Assembly (NCBI GenBank): GCA_950097015.1
Contig: CATNEN010000039.1
Location: 18,352,001 to 18,416,000 of the forward strand
Direction of reading: 5' to 3'
Origin: Macrostomum hystrix
Taxonomy: Eukaryota; Animalia; Platyhelminthes
Length of the DNA: 64,000 bases
Positions 23,626 to 36,389 of this stretch are shown one piece after another. The notes below the pieces were generated by a model. It had not been told where the DNA came from. It made no database searches and saw only the letters and a list, made by a program, of their open reading frames with translations. How positions within the stretch are numbered: the stretch's first letter is position 1; each line of letters starts with the position of its first letter. The translations under genes and the position numbers were made by a program.

Positions 23626-26512
23626 TCACAACTCGTACAGAGCGTTAACAAATCGAGCCACATCAGCAACCTCCGTTGCCACTGGCAGGTAACGCTCGGT
23701 CATTCGATAAAACGCCTCAGGTGCTCGATCTCGGGCCACCAACAGGAAGTGAAGGTCTTCACCAGTCAGGCCGGCAGTCGCGGCCGCCTGCGGCAGACCC
23801 CGCTCTGTGACCCACTGTTGCACCTGGTCCCGGCTCCACTGGCGCACACCTTGTCTGTCCCCGTTGCGATTGGTTATCGGCGGTAGCGCGGCGAAGGTCG
23901 ATGGAAATCGATGCTCGCGAATCGCGCCGGAACTGCCTGGCCGGCTGCCGATTGGGCCGCCATCTACGGCATCCTCGCCGCCGCTCCTAGCGTTGCGAAG
24001 GGCTCCGAGTACCTCTGCCAGCTTCTCATCGAAGTTGTACTTGCCGGAGAAGTCGTAATAGAGGCCCATGCCAAGGATGAAGCCGAGCCAACCGTTGGGC
24101 TTATACCCGCGCTCCAACAGCAGCGGTATCATGCGCCTGCGCATCCTATGCGCGTACTCAGCCTCCATGCGGCAATTGTTGGAGTCTTTGTAAGTGCGGC
24201 TCATGCACATTAGGAATGCGTAGGAGCCTTCCACGGCTTCGGCCATCAGGCCTAGCACTGTATCGCCCTCCTTCATTTGTTCGTAGTCGATCCAGACCTG
24301 TGGGATTTTTTTATTTTGGATTGTAAAATATCTAAAATATCGTAAGTGATTAGCCATCCTAGGCCCTGCTTGGACTCAACCGCTGGTACATCAGGGCAGT
24401 CAAGATAGTCCTCTCTGGCCATGGTTGTTTCGCTACGTATGGTTTCCTGCAAGGCAAAATCCGCAGTGAGGAGTGCCCTTTCTGCCTCTGCCCCGTTTTG
24501 GGAATGCGGAGCATTTAATTTGCTCAGACTTTACTCAGGACAGGCTCACCTACCTAGGCCCAAACCCGGACCTCTCCGACGTTTTCAGGCCTGAGAATAT
24601 CTGCCAGCTCGTCCAATACCTAACGGCCACCAGGCGAGCGACTCTCCACCTCCTGGACTCTCCGGAGGATGACCGCGCTGTGGACGCCGGCATCACCGGA
24701 TCTCCCTGCGCGACACCGCAGCTTTAGTTGCCCGTGGTCGCCAGGGGCTAGCGAAATGGGCTGCGACGCCTCCCCGCTGCATACGGAGGATGCCCCCTAG
24801 CCTGTAGCTAAGTCAATTCAAGTAATTCAACACCCATCCGAATCTAACTTTCTGTGCGTCTAAACACCGTTCTGCAAAATAATCTATTATTCCACGTTGC
24901 ATTTCTAACGCCAGACACTGGAATCGCACCCAGGGAATGATGTAACAATTATGCCAAAGAATGCCACAGCTAGGTGTGGTCGACTCAGGTGGTGTACACT
25001 CTCACTGTGCCTTTTAGGCCCTCAGGGGCATAAATTTCACGGCAAGGCCTCGCCACGGAATCGAGTTCTTGGAGCAAAATTAGGGCGAGCTACCGCACCC
25101 TCCATCAGACTCATATCGAAAAACTCACTTTGACATTACTCTTTATAAGCGCTTCTTTGATTCGCATCACCGCCTGCTTCTGCTCGTGTTGATAGCTGAT
25201 CATCACGTGACCGCCAAAGCCGCCTGGCACGTTGGACTGCCTCAGAGCGGAGCTGGGTCGCACAGCACTTGGACAAGCGGCGGAGATCCTTCCGCCGAGG
25301 TTCAGGTCCAGTGCCTGTGATAGTTAGCCATAATGCTCGTTTTTATTGCATTTTTTAAAGAAACAAATTGACAGCTAATAGAAGAATCCAATTACAAACC
25401 TGCAACGAACTGTAGTTTCGCAGGAGATCCTTTGTCACACAATTCGGCTGCACGCTGGAGTAAAGCCGGATGAAAATCTCCTTGAACTGTTTCTCGATCA
25501 GCTGTTGATTCTCTTCTTTGAAGCTGAGCGTGTATAGAACATCCAACGCTAAGACAATTTCGTCATCTCGGCTTCTGATGCACATTTTGTGAAGCACAGG
25601 CAGCAGACCCATCCCTACGAGAATTTCCTTGTTAACTTCATTCAAGGCCAGTCGGTTTATGCACACTGCCAGCTCGGATGTGTGGTAGCCTGAAGATCTG
25701 CGATCTTGAGCGTCCAGCGATGCGTTTAACATCATCATCAGGTTGTAAATGGTGGCTTTGGCGCTCTCGTAAAGGCTAGCTTTGCTTTCATCAAGAGCGA
25801 ATGCAATTAGCACCAAGCTTTGAGTCTGAATATCAACATTAGAAGTCTTTAAATACGGCATCACAAAATCCACAACATGCAGATCAGTTAGAGCATTGTA
25901 AATATCCGAGTTATTCCGAAAGAACATGTTGTACATGAAGCCGAGAGTGGACAGAATAACTGTCCTGCAGGACTCTACGGTATCATGCTTTGATAACCAG
26001 TGGCTGAGCATCGGGTTGGCAAACTCGCTGAACAGGAAACCAATTCGCGACAGTGCAATGCAAAACTCGACGCCGCAGTCGGTGAAGTTGTGAAAACAGC
26101 CCACGACTAAGAAAAGCAACTGCGCATGCATCGCATTCGCTCTGGCCTGCGAATCGTCCACAGCGGGTGAGCACTTACCGAAGCAACTATCCGCCTGGAC
26201 AGAGTAGATCTCCACGCAAAGACGACTGAGGTGTTCTATTAACTGGGTATGCGTGGCAAGCAGCAGGCTTGCCTGGTGGCGGTGTTTGGCTATTTGAGGC
26301 TCGCTTAGATTCAGGTCTTCCATAGATCCATAGTGGACCAAAAGCTGATTTAAGTTGCGAAAGGTTTTTATTATGTTGCCCTTAAACGAGCCAATTAGTT
26401 TTATTTCATCAGCTGTCAAGCTTTCTTCAAATGCAGTAAGGAATTTATCTATTACCGAATTTTGTTCGGTCAGAAACTTCTTAAATTCGTCTTCACTTTT
26501 GCCGATAGACAT
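23626..26512 (-). CDS. ARM-repeat / TIR (TIR_2 type) / SAM-like protein, ~656 aa; exons 26512-25400, 25314-25129, 24297-23626
   Basis: The spliced product gives [27 protein letters not shown]|VWIDYEQM...[46 protein letters not shown], a typical TIR_2. ARM-like [22 protein letters not shown] lies upstream; SAM-like [13 protein letters not shown] lies at the C-terminus. Both introns are phase 0, GT-AG. Confidence 0.88.
24985..25105 (-). mobile_element. Partial tRNA-derived SINE in an intron of the TIR gene, related to the copies at 41.3-41.7 and 47.0-47.4 kb
   Basis: B-box-like CTCGATTCC, then the shared core GAGGGCC...AAGGCACAGTGAGAGTGTACA. Confidence 0.55.
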
Positions 26513-28070
26513 GATTAGTGTAATACGTTTATTTCAATTTGTGTCTGAAATGAAGTACAGTGGAGACTATGATTACCGAAGTCTCAAAAATAGATTTTGA
26601 TTTTTCCAATAATGGAACGACTTTAAAGCAAACAATAAAATAATTTATATTCAACCTAAGAAACAAAATATCTGCACTTGGTTTGTAACTTAGGCCTTAG
26701 TCTTGACCGTCAATCAAACTTTTGACATTGACATCCTAATTATACTAGTTAACCACACAAAAAATTATGAGCACCTAAAATGTGTTTTATTTCAGACACC
26801 CCATGGCACCCAATGTGCAATGTGCATCGAAGGAGTTTATTCAGCAAGATAATTAGATAAAAAATGTATGCTAATATTCTCATCCATAGACTCAGAGTAG
26901 ATTTCTAGAATACATTCTTATTTTGTGGAGGCTAATAATCGTCTAGATTTATTTATCTATTATTACCAAGGATAACCAGGCTTAAAATTTTGAATAATAA
27001 CACGAATGGTAAACAATTAGCAATTCTAGAGAAGGTATAAAGATACAAAAAATTAATTTTTACGCAATTAATCAATTGCTCGAAAAGATCGTAGATTTTT
27101 TAGGTTGAAAATGTATTATTTCTATTCTCACTAACAACAACTCCATTGTAAAACGTGTCTCAAATAATTTATTTCTTGTGTTAAAAATTAACAAAGTATA
27201 TAATTTTGATACATACGGTTCAATTAAGAGATAATTTTTTAAATAAACTATTAGCATTTGTTAATGTAAATGTTTCTTTTCGGTGAAATGATTTTCCGAG
27301 AAAAACTGACCAACTCTTCCGGTCAGTGATCCTAATAAGAATATAGACTTAGTATATGGCCAACCCTGGCATATATATTCATGTAAATGTTCAGCGCTTA
27401 AAAGCAGACCCATACTTTTGATTTATTTGCGTTTGAAACAAAACTATTCTGTATACCTAAATCGTGTATACCTAAAATCTAAATAAATGTCCACAACAAT
27501 CCACTCAACTATTGTGGTTTATTACATAATGCAAAGCTATTTTACTTAAATAATTGTCCTAGTTGGCAATTGGGACCATTTTTTATGGTAATATGGATCC
27601 CTGCTTCTGTATTATGCAGTTAATCACACAAGAAAAGTGGAAAAGCATCACTCCAGTCCCCACCTCATCAAAATACTAAAATGTTTGCAACTAATAAGCC
27701 CCATTGCTTTTTTTTCTTTATTATTGCTACCAAAAGACTTGGTAATTGTTATCTAAATTGGGTCTTTTAGCTAATGCTTTAATATTGACCAAACTAGCTA
27801 GGCTAATAGTAGACATTATAATAGGTTAAAGATAATTTTTTAATACATTATTTATAGCCAATAATAGGCCTTAGGGCCTAGCCGCCTTAGGCCCTTAGGC
27901 CTATTGTCTGTTAAATTAGGCATACTCCTTAGCTGAATCAGTCAACTGCACAAGTGGAGCACATTACTGCATTTTTATGTACAAAGGTTTTACTTAAAAG
28001 CTAAAGTTCTAACATAGAGTACCCATATTTACATTCACCTAGCTATCATACTCATAGTTGCCATTGCATG

Positions 28071-28783
28071 CCATAGTCAGGAAGGTGGCCTTTTTTGTCA
28101 AAAATTACGGCGTGCATAGGCATAGCCAAAGATATTTGGTGTACATTCGGCGTACATTTGGTCTGCCTTGCAACAGTTGGCGTACATTCAGCATATGCCA
28201 TGTCCGCCGCAAATATGTGGCATGATATGGGCTATAAGGTTGGCATATGAGGCAGTGCTAATTCTCTATTATGTCTACCATATATTCTTATTCAAATCTC
28301 TGCCAAAACTTTATGGTAATCTTTGGGTGTGTTCGAGTTGCTAAGAATGAGTTAAAATAAGTTAAAATGACAAAATAGTTTAAAATGGTAATTTTAACAT
28401 CTTCAGTTAAACAAATTAAAAAAGACTAAACTTGTTGGTATAGTACAACAACCAAACTTGTCAAATATTCGATGCAACGGAAGGTTTTTACTTTATTACA
28501 TTACACCATACAGGGATACACCTTGTGATATCAACAATGAAGCAGAATGAATGTCTAAATCTGCTAAATTGTATTAATTAGTTCATTCGTTCATTCATCG
28601 GTGTCCATTCAGTGTCCTAATAAGCTGATAAACAATTAACTAATCGGCGTGCATGGGTGCATTACGGTATATTCGGCGTGCATTATGGTATATTCGCGGC
28701 GTACATATGGTTACATTTGGCGTACATAGGTAGCCCTGCCCGAATTTCATTCCGGCGTACACATGCCACCTTCCTGACTATGG
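28071..28783. mobile_element. 713-bp non-autonomous DNA transposon (P/hAT-like)
   Basis: Perfect 19-bp TIR CCATAGTCAGGAAGGTGGC; perfect 8-bp TSD ATTGCATG at 28063-28070 and 28784-28791; subterminal GGCGTACAT repeats. Confidence 0.88.
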
Positions 28784-29867
28784 ATTGCATGATCTCTAAT
28801 TTAAATGTTACTAAAGTAGTCTGTGTTTATCTATGTTCATATGTGTATATGAGCTTATGACATATGCTTTTTTCATTTAATGTGTCCTAATACAACCTAA
28901 CCCAAACATGTAGGTAACTAAATTAAGGATGAGTGAATTAGTGAGTTGTATTTTATATGTTTTAAACACAAAAGTGTTTTTTAATTGAAATCAAAATCAA
29001 AATTTATATTTTCACAAAGCATAGCATTACTAATACTCTATCTATCTTGTATTTACCAAACATTTACTTTCAGGTCTGTTGTTTTCCTATTCTATTTGTC
29101 ATGTACAAGCTATTAATAGACACTGATAATAAGCAGAATTTGTATTTGTGTATGATCTCAGCAACTGAAATCTAAGCTGTTTCACTTGTCAAAAAGTGCT
29201 CATGATGAGTTTAAAAAATTGTAAAATTAAAATCTCAATCAAACTGTTGGAACATCACTACAGCAAATGACATGAATATATACATGCCATTACTTTGTTA
29301 AGTCTATTTGTGTACTGACACACAGTGTGCTCTATAAGAAGTCCATTTTTTAAATAGCTACATAGGACCCCATTTTAGTATGGCTTGTATTAAGGTATTG
29401 AGGCCTAATATTAAGAACTTTAAGCATTTTACCTAGACTTTACTATCATTAATTTTAAGAAGTTTTTGTTTCTGAACCATCTATCTATACTTTTTACTTT
29501 TATCTGTATTTATTTGTACTCAGCTAAGGTCTATATGAATTGGAAAAAAACTACTTTGATGAACAATACCTTGTTTTTTTACAAAGACTTTACCTTGTAT
29601 TAATTGGTTTTTAGAAAAAGTCAAGATGGTCATGATTCTTGAATTAACAGAAACTATTGTTAAATAATAAATGAAGTAGCTAGGGTAAGGAACTAATATA
29701 ATTAATCATTCAGTGTGCCTTAACTAGTGTAAGAACTTTTTGTGCATTTGTACAGTGCCTAAGTGAATTTAGTGAATCAATCTAAAGGCATAACTGTAAA
29801 CAGTTGTTTTTACCAATGATAAGGTGAATAATAAGTGTTTCAATTACATTTTATCAGCTAGGTGCAA

Positions 29868-31999
29868 CTAGTCCAGTTGAAAGCGCACACCCAGACGTGT
29901 CTGTCCAACTCTCCCAGACTTCCTGTCTATATGCGGCACCACGGCTGTTTCCCCGCTGACTTTGTCTGTGGCGCTGTGACACAGTGTCAGGCCGCCTTGA
30001 CCCCAGCTGCAGCATCTAGGCACTTGCTTCACTGCTAGTAGTGCATCTGCTATTAGGAGCAGAACAGACGGCATGCACACCAGACTGACTAGCAGTGCAG
30101 GCGCCAGTGCCGCCAGATTAAAGCGCCTGTTGCAGCGCAGAACAATCTGACACTTTCCTTGTTGTTTCAACTTTGTCGAGGATAAAATGAGTGGTTCAAC
30201 CTCATTGGTCAACAGCAGGACCATTCTGTCTGACGGGTTGTCAATGACGCAGGGCTGTTGACCCAGCCGACATACCAGGCGCTGCTTGGAGGTCTCAGTG
30301 GTGTAGTGGTGCGAGGTAAATCTGACACTGTAGGCGTAGCCCTCGCGACCAATCAAGTCTAGGGTGCCGATTGAATCCTCCAGACAAGTCAACTGCATTG
30401 TTAGCCTGCCCCGATGGCTCACGTTGTGCACTGTCTCACTGTTGATGCCATGCACCTGTGTAGGTAGGCCAGGCACATTGAAAAACGCACTTTTAAAATT
30501 TGCACAGATTATTTAAACTTGCACACAGCCAGTTGTACACGTGTTTCGCTGTTGATTGACTGCAATGCCGCTACTACCCACCAAAGTGTTTTTAAATATA
30601 GTCTAATGATGGTAGTACTACACTGGTAGGACTTCAGGGTTCGAAATGGCTTTAAAATCCCTAGCTCTTGAGTCCCCAACACCACACCAAGGAATTATGA
30701 GTTTCCAACGCAGGTAGTATACATAAGTGACTTTGCTATAAGTTCCGTGAAATCCTGTCTATCCTTAGTACCCCCAAGGCTAAGGACTGGCGAAAACCAC
30801 ACCCCATGTGGCATTGCAATTTTTCAAAGGGCTTTAGTGAAAATCATTTGAGTCGGGAAAAAGTCAAGATACGGGGAAAAAAGTTCGCGTAACTGCTCCG
30901 TATCCATTTTACAGCACCTCTTGTGGATTGCTGAACACCCAAACGTACAGTTTTAAGGGTGATTAAAAATAATAGTGTCCTACCGCATCTTCTAGGAGCA
31001 CCTCTCCAAAGCCCATTGTCTCTTTGGGTAGTCTTGTTGATCCGGCATCGACTGCCATGGGCTCAATCTCTTGGTGAAGCCATTTGATACGGCGCATTAG
31101 AAGTCGCAGTCTGTAACGAAATTTGGTCGTCACAGTCAAAGTGCTGACGGCTCCAGGCACCGGAAGCTCCCAGGAAATATCTACCGACTGTTTCGCGGCC
31201 ACTGTCTGCGTATCGATACGACCGATGATTGAACGATTAATCGGTTGAGTAGGCCAGTTATTAATTACTAAGCCAGGAGTAAATAGTTCGACCGGACAAG
31301 TTGTGGGCTGTGACAAGTCTGTTGTAGGTTTTTATGATATAATCATAATGATTAGTCGTAATGATCCAAACGCAAGTCACACATGTACGTATTTTTTATT
31401 CTACAACAAACTTAACTCTTAATTTTGAAGAGATTTGAAGAGAATAATAATTACGATGAATGTGGAACGGAAAATCTCATTGAAGGACAATGCGGAATGG
31501 CAGATCAAACTTAATGAACAATGTAGAATGGCAGATAGCTGCATTAGTTGTCACGACAGTTTAGTGTCACGACTAGAGAAAATTAACCGTTGTCATCACC
31601 TTCTCCTAGTTTGGTCTTTTCGCTGATATCTAACGAGACTGCGTCGCACAGGCCGGCCCAGCTTCCTAGCCGCATCACCAGCTGGTCGCCAGGCCCCGCT
31701 TCGAAGTGCCAGTCGCGAAGGACGCCGAAACCAATCGCTATGCCCGCCAGCCCAGCAGCCGCGGCTAGCCAAGTGAGCAGGACCGCTTGTCTCTGCCAGC
31801 TCCGCTGTCTTCTCCTGTCATCAGGGTTCGTAGACGACTCTTTGCTATCAGCATTGTCAACTCGACAGCCAGCCAGTCGAAACAGTGCCAGACAGGTTAG
31901 CAGAGTGAATGGTGCGAACAGGCAGCCTGCCAGGAGTAACACAATGTCACCCTGTTCGTGAACTTGACGAGTTGTTGGAGCTGTGTAACTGCTCGACAT
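29868..31999 (-). CDS. Multi-pass membrane protein, tentatively with APD1-4 N/middle-type domains; exons 31999-31600, 31318-30984, 30455-29868
   Basis: Three ORFs join in phase via GT-AG (G|AC, GCG|GTG). Two N-terminal hydrophobic segments and one near the C-terminus. GPGDQLV..LCDAVSL and C..C..VLLL..LRCNRRF-TM patterns recall APD1-4 domains; the family call is uncertain. Confidence 0.6.
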
Positions 32000-32439
32000 T
32001 GTGCTGTGATTTGTAGTTCTGCTATCTCCGAGTTTGCTTTGTAAGGCTCATTTGGTTTAGAATAGCTTTTTATCAAGTTTAGAAGGAACTGTAATTCGAT
32101 ACCTTTTTCTTGTTCCAGTAAATAAAATCACAAGGTTTTTTGTGGTGTCTATTAGCGAAAGAATGCAAATAGTTTGAAATTCGACACAGGATGGTTTTGA
32201 TAGTGTCATCTAATTGTGATTCCGTCAGACTTTGCGTGTTGCATTCTGATGCCTAAGTTACCTTTAGGTGCAGTCTTTAGTAAAGTTTTATTCCTCAAAT
32301 ATTTCGAGATGTTCGTGCTCCTAGTTAAAGCATTCAAGAAATCATAATTGAAAAATAAAAAACTGACAAATTGTCAGCTTTTACTTGTTGCCTAGCAACT
32401 AAAGATGTGTATTTCGAATGCTCTATTAAATACTGGAGC

Positions 32440-32837
32440 CTAGTCAGCCTTGCGCATCTCGAACTCGACCTCGAAGCAGCTCAACAGCGCCTTAGATTCG
32501 TGGTTGGTCAGCTCGCGCGGACACGGCACTTGCCCTGGCAATGAATTACATACCACACAATTAATACACCTGTGTCTTTAATACCAAAAAAGAGTAATTT
32601 GAACTCAAGCCAGGCTTGAGCTCGAGGCTCCGAGCTGAGCTCCAGGCTTGAGGCTTGACCTCGGGAATCTTGAGCTCGCCGAGGAAAGTCTTGAGGAAGA
32701 CCTCCAGCTTCAGGTCCATGTCGTTAAAGCCGCGGGTGACGCGACCGGCGAAGCTGATGCTGGAGCGGCCGGGAAAAGTGATGACGCTTGGCACAAGATT
32801 GGCGCTGATCACATCGAGGTCATTGATTGTTGCCGCC
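32440..32837 (-). pseudogene. GM2-activator-like pseudogene fragment (partial exon 2 plus exon 4; exon 3 deleted)
   Basis: The exon-2 copy has a 4-bp ATTG duplication (~32822-32829). The exon-4 copy has a 1-bp deletion (GCTCGCGCGG vs GCTCGGCGCGG). Exon 3 is replaced by scrambled filler at 32617-32662. Confidence 0.8.
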
Positions 32838-33440
32838 TGTTCATTGTGTTCATTATTGCGGAGATGTTTGACATTGTAAGAAAGCGGAAACTTTTCGTGA
32901 GTCTTTGTCTGTCTAAGGAGAGGCCACTGGAAGCCCAAGATAATGCACAGCAGCATTAGTGTCAGCCACGAAAAAGCACGCGAACCAGGAAACCCCCGGA
33001 TAGACTCTGATATGCTAGTCTTGGCGAACTGAGACTGGACTAATGATCTAAGAGGGAGGAGTGTTGAACATTTAACTGTGGCGTATGCAATCTGAGTTCT
33101 AAGACTTTAGTTTATGGCACACGTGCCCTGTTCCCAGGTAAGGTAAAATGTGAGGCAAGATATTTTAGAGAATTATATAAAGCGCAAAGGTGGTGGCCAA
33201 CTGCGAATGGTGAGAAATTCGACACTGGATGGTCGAATTGTGCGCGGCTTCAGGCGCAGTATTTAGTATAGTTTATTCCTAGAATTTCTTTAAGCTATTT
33301 CGAGATGTTTGTAACTAGTAGTTTTGCTAGCATTAAAAAATCCTAATTAAAGAAAACAAATAAAGACAAAAGTGTCTGCAATTACTTGTTGCCTAGCAAC
33401 TAAAAATGTGTATTTCGACCGTTCTGTTAAACATCGGAGT

Positions 33441-34765
33441 TTAATCGGCCTTGCGCATCTCGAACTCGATTTCGAAGCAGCTCATCAGCGCCTTGGAGTC
33501 GTGGTTGGTGAGCTCGGCGCGGACACGGTACTTGCCCTGGCAATGCGTTACATACCACACCAATTAGTACATGTGTACCAATGGCCATATATAATAAAAT
33601 AGTAATTTGAACTCAAGCCAGGCTTCTGAATAAGCTCACGGAGGCGATGATGGCCAGCAGTGGGGGCAGGCGCGGCAGGTCGATTGGCCGGTTGCTGACG
33701 GACACCTCGCTAGGGATAAATGGGCAAATCTGGTCGTTTCCGCCTTCAACGCTGTCGATGAGTTTTTGAATTGTTCTGGCCAGCTGGGTGCCGACTCCGG
33801 CCCAGTTCTCCTTCTCCATGCGCTCCAGCACGGTGCACATGTTCTGGTAGGTGCTGCGGATGGTGGCGTCGCAATTCAAGGGCAGGAAATCCAAGCTAAA
33901 TTTTCAATGTCCTTGACCTCGACTCCGCAGGCGAGGCCACGTTCATTAGGAAGGCAGCTATTTTTTCCCATGAGGGCCAAGCCTCAAGGCAATGGTTGCC
34001 TTATGACTGTGGGTCGACTGTCACAATAAAATCATTATCTCTCAATACTCTAGTAAATGATTGATAACATTTTTCTGTCCACCCGACTAATTTAAAACTT
34101 TAGCGCTGAATTTATTACATATGAATTTATGATTGTGTCTTTTTTCATCAAAATCGGTCGAACACATGCAGAGATATAAGGGGTGTCTAAGAACTTTTTG
34201 GACTGGACGTACTAAGGTATATTAGGAAAGTGATAACAATAGTCTTTACCAGGATCCAAAGTTGAACAGGCAGGGAATCTTGAGCTCGCCGAGGAAAGTC
34301 TTGAGAAAGACCTCCAGCTTCAGGTCCATGTCGTTAAAGCCGCGGGTGATGCGACCGGCGAAGCTGATGCTGGAGCGGCCGGGCAAAGTGATGACGCTCG
34401 GCACAAGATTGGCGCTGATCACGTTCAGGTCATTGTTGCCGCCTGTTCATTAAGGCGGAGTTGATTGACATCGAGAAAATGTGGAAGCTTTTTGTTTAGC
34501 CTAATCATGTTGGCGTTCTAGGTTGGGAATTGAAATGGGGCATCTTGCTAGTCTACTATACTAATTTATGATGGGATGATGAATTACAGTCAATAAGGTT
34601 TACTTCGTTGGTATTCTGGCAATCCCAATCTAACTAACTTATTAATGAATAATCAAGCAGGAGCGCTGTTGTACTCAAATCTGTAATCAACTCACCGCAC
34701 CGTCGAAAGACAAAAGCGCTGCTGCCAGCGACGCAGAAGGCCAGAATCACTGCTAGAAACTTCAT
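33441..34765 (-). CDS. Secreted GM2-activator/ML-domain lipid-binding protein, copy A (~190 aa); exons 34765-34696, 34442-34250, 33853-33640, 33536-33441
   Basis: Signal peptide MKFLAVILAFCVAGSSA; KIPCLFNFGSCTYQNMC, CPF..., and GKYRVRAEL..MSCFEIEF match the GM2A pattern (KIPC..IGSCT..C; CPF; G-YR; GC). All junctions are GT-AG and in phase. Confidence 0.88.
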
Positions 34766-34863
34766 TTCGATGTTACTAATTCAATAGTTGCGGTGTAGAT
34801 CAATTCTCAGGTGTGCTCTGCTAGGCTTGCTTCTTGCAGCTTTAAGACTGTTAATCGGCCTCA

Positions 34864-35093
34864 ATTTATAGACCCTAAAAATTGTGATGAGATAAGCAGA
34901 AAAACTCAGACTAATACCGGTCTACGATTCGAAAGCTAAAGTTCACTAAAAATAAGTCATAGTATTGCCAATCGAAACACACAGAATGTCATATTGAAGG
35001 TTACAGATAAGGCGTGTCTCATAATTGAGGAAAAACGTCGGTGCTATGGTTCAAACGCCTTTTTAGTGTGGGAAAGTTGCATCAGCTGTGCCC
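34864..35093 (-). promoter_or_regulatory. Putative promoter of copy A: TATA (CTATAAAT), GATA (AGATAA), CCAAT, and E-box CAGCTG plus CSL site TGTGGGAA
   Basis: Motifs recur in the same order upstream of copy B (38245-38531); TATA and GATA also occur upstream of copy C (40503-40540). Confidence 0.5.
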
Positions 35094-36389
35094 TGGCTGT
35101 AATCAGCGAAACTGTCTACTGATTTTTTCGTTGATTTCTTGAATGCTTTATAAATTAGTTTCTAAAACGTTGATTTTACGTTGGGGGAGTCTCCGGGCAA
35201 TCTTATCTCGGTCTCGTTTGTCCGAAAAAATTGCCAACGAGGAGCTACGCTCGCTTCGCTCCTCGTTGGCAATTTTTTCGGACTGCACTTTGACCTAATT
35301 AGGAGTACGAACATCTCGAAATACAAGTATTTGAGGAATAAAGCTGTGCTAAACACTGCACCTAAAGCTACGAGTAACTTAGGCATCAGAATGCAGCACG
35401 CAAAGTCTGACGGAATCACAATTAGATGACACTATCAAAACCATCCTGTATCGTATTTCAAACTACAAGTGTATTTGCATTCTTTCGCTAATAGAAACTG
35501 TTCACAGTAAATGGGGACAAAGACTAAACATGAATCTGACAAAGTATAGACATTGCTTCAGTGGGCTTCCACCTTTGCGCCTAATATGCGAGTTATATTT
35601 CTCTTATATATCTAGTTTTTTAAGTGATACCGTCCACGTTCCATATCACGATAGTTTTTATTTCTCTTACCAATGATTCGACCAGATTTCCAGTTTCGAG
35701 TTTGTTCATTATATACACGATCACGTTCAGGTCAATGTTGCCGCCTGTTCATTAAGGCGGAGTTTATCACTTGTCCAAACTGTTCTCGGACCATTGTGAG
35801 TACTTGAGTTCGCAGCAAACGTCCTGTCATCATTTCAGCAGGTGCAGGCCACTGGAAGCCCAAGATAATGCACAGCAGCATCAGTGTCAGCCACGAAAAA
35901 GCACGCGAACCAGGAAACCCCCGGATAGACTCCGATATGCTAGTCTTGGCGAACTGAGACTGGACTAATGATCTAAGAGGGAGGAGTGTTGAACATTTAA
36001 CTGTGGCGTATGCAATCTGAGTTCTAAGACTTTAGTTTATGGCACACGTGCCGTGTTCCCAGGTAAGTTCCCAGGTAAGTTCCCAGGTAAGGTAAAATGT
36101 GAGGCAAGATATTTTAGAGAATTATATAAAGCGCAAAGGTGGTGGCCAACTGCGAATAGTGAGAAATTCGACACTGGATGGTCGAATTGTGCGCGGCTTC
36201 AGGCGCAGTATTTAGTATAGTTTTTTCCTAGAATTTCTTTAAGCTATTTCGAGATGTTTGTAACTCGTAGTTTTGCTAGCATTAAAAAATCCTAATAAAA
36301 GAAAACAAATAAAGACAAAAGTGTCTGCAATTACTTGTTGCCTAGCAACTAAAAATGTGTATTTCGACCGTTCTGTTAAACATCGGAGT

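Noticed and set aside
32561-32956. 131-aa ORF as an intact fourth GM2A-like gene
   Set aside because: Frameshifts, missing exons 1 and 3, and scrambled junctions mark it as a pseudogene.
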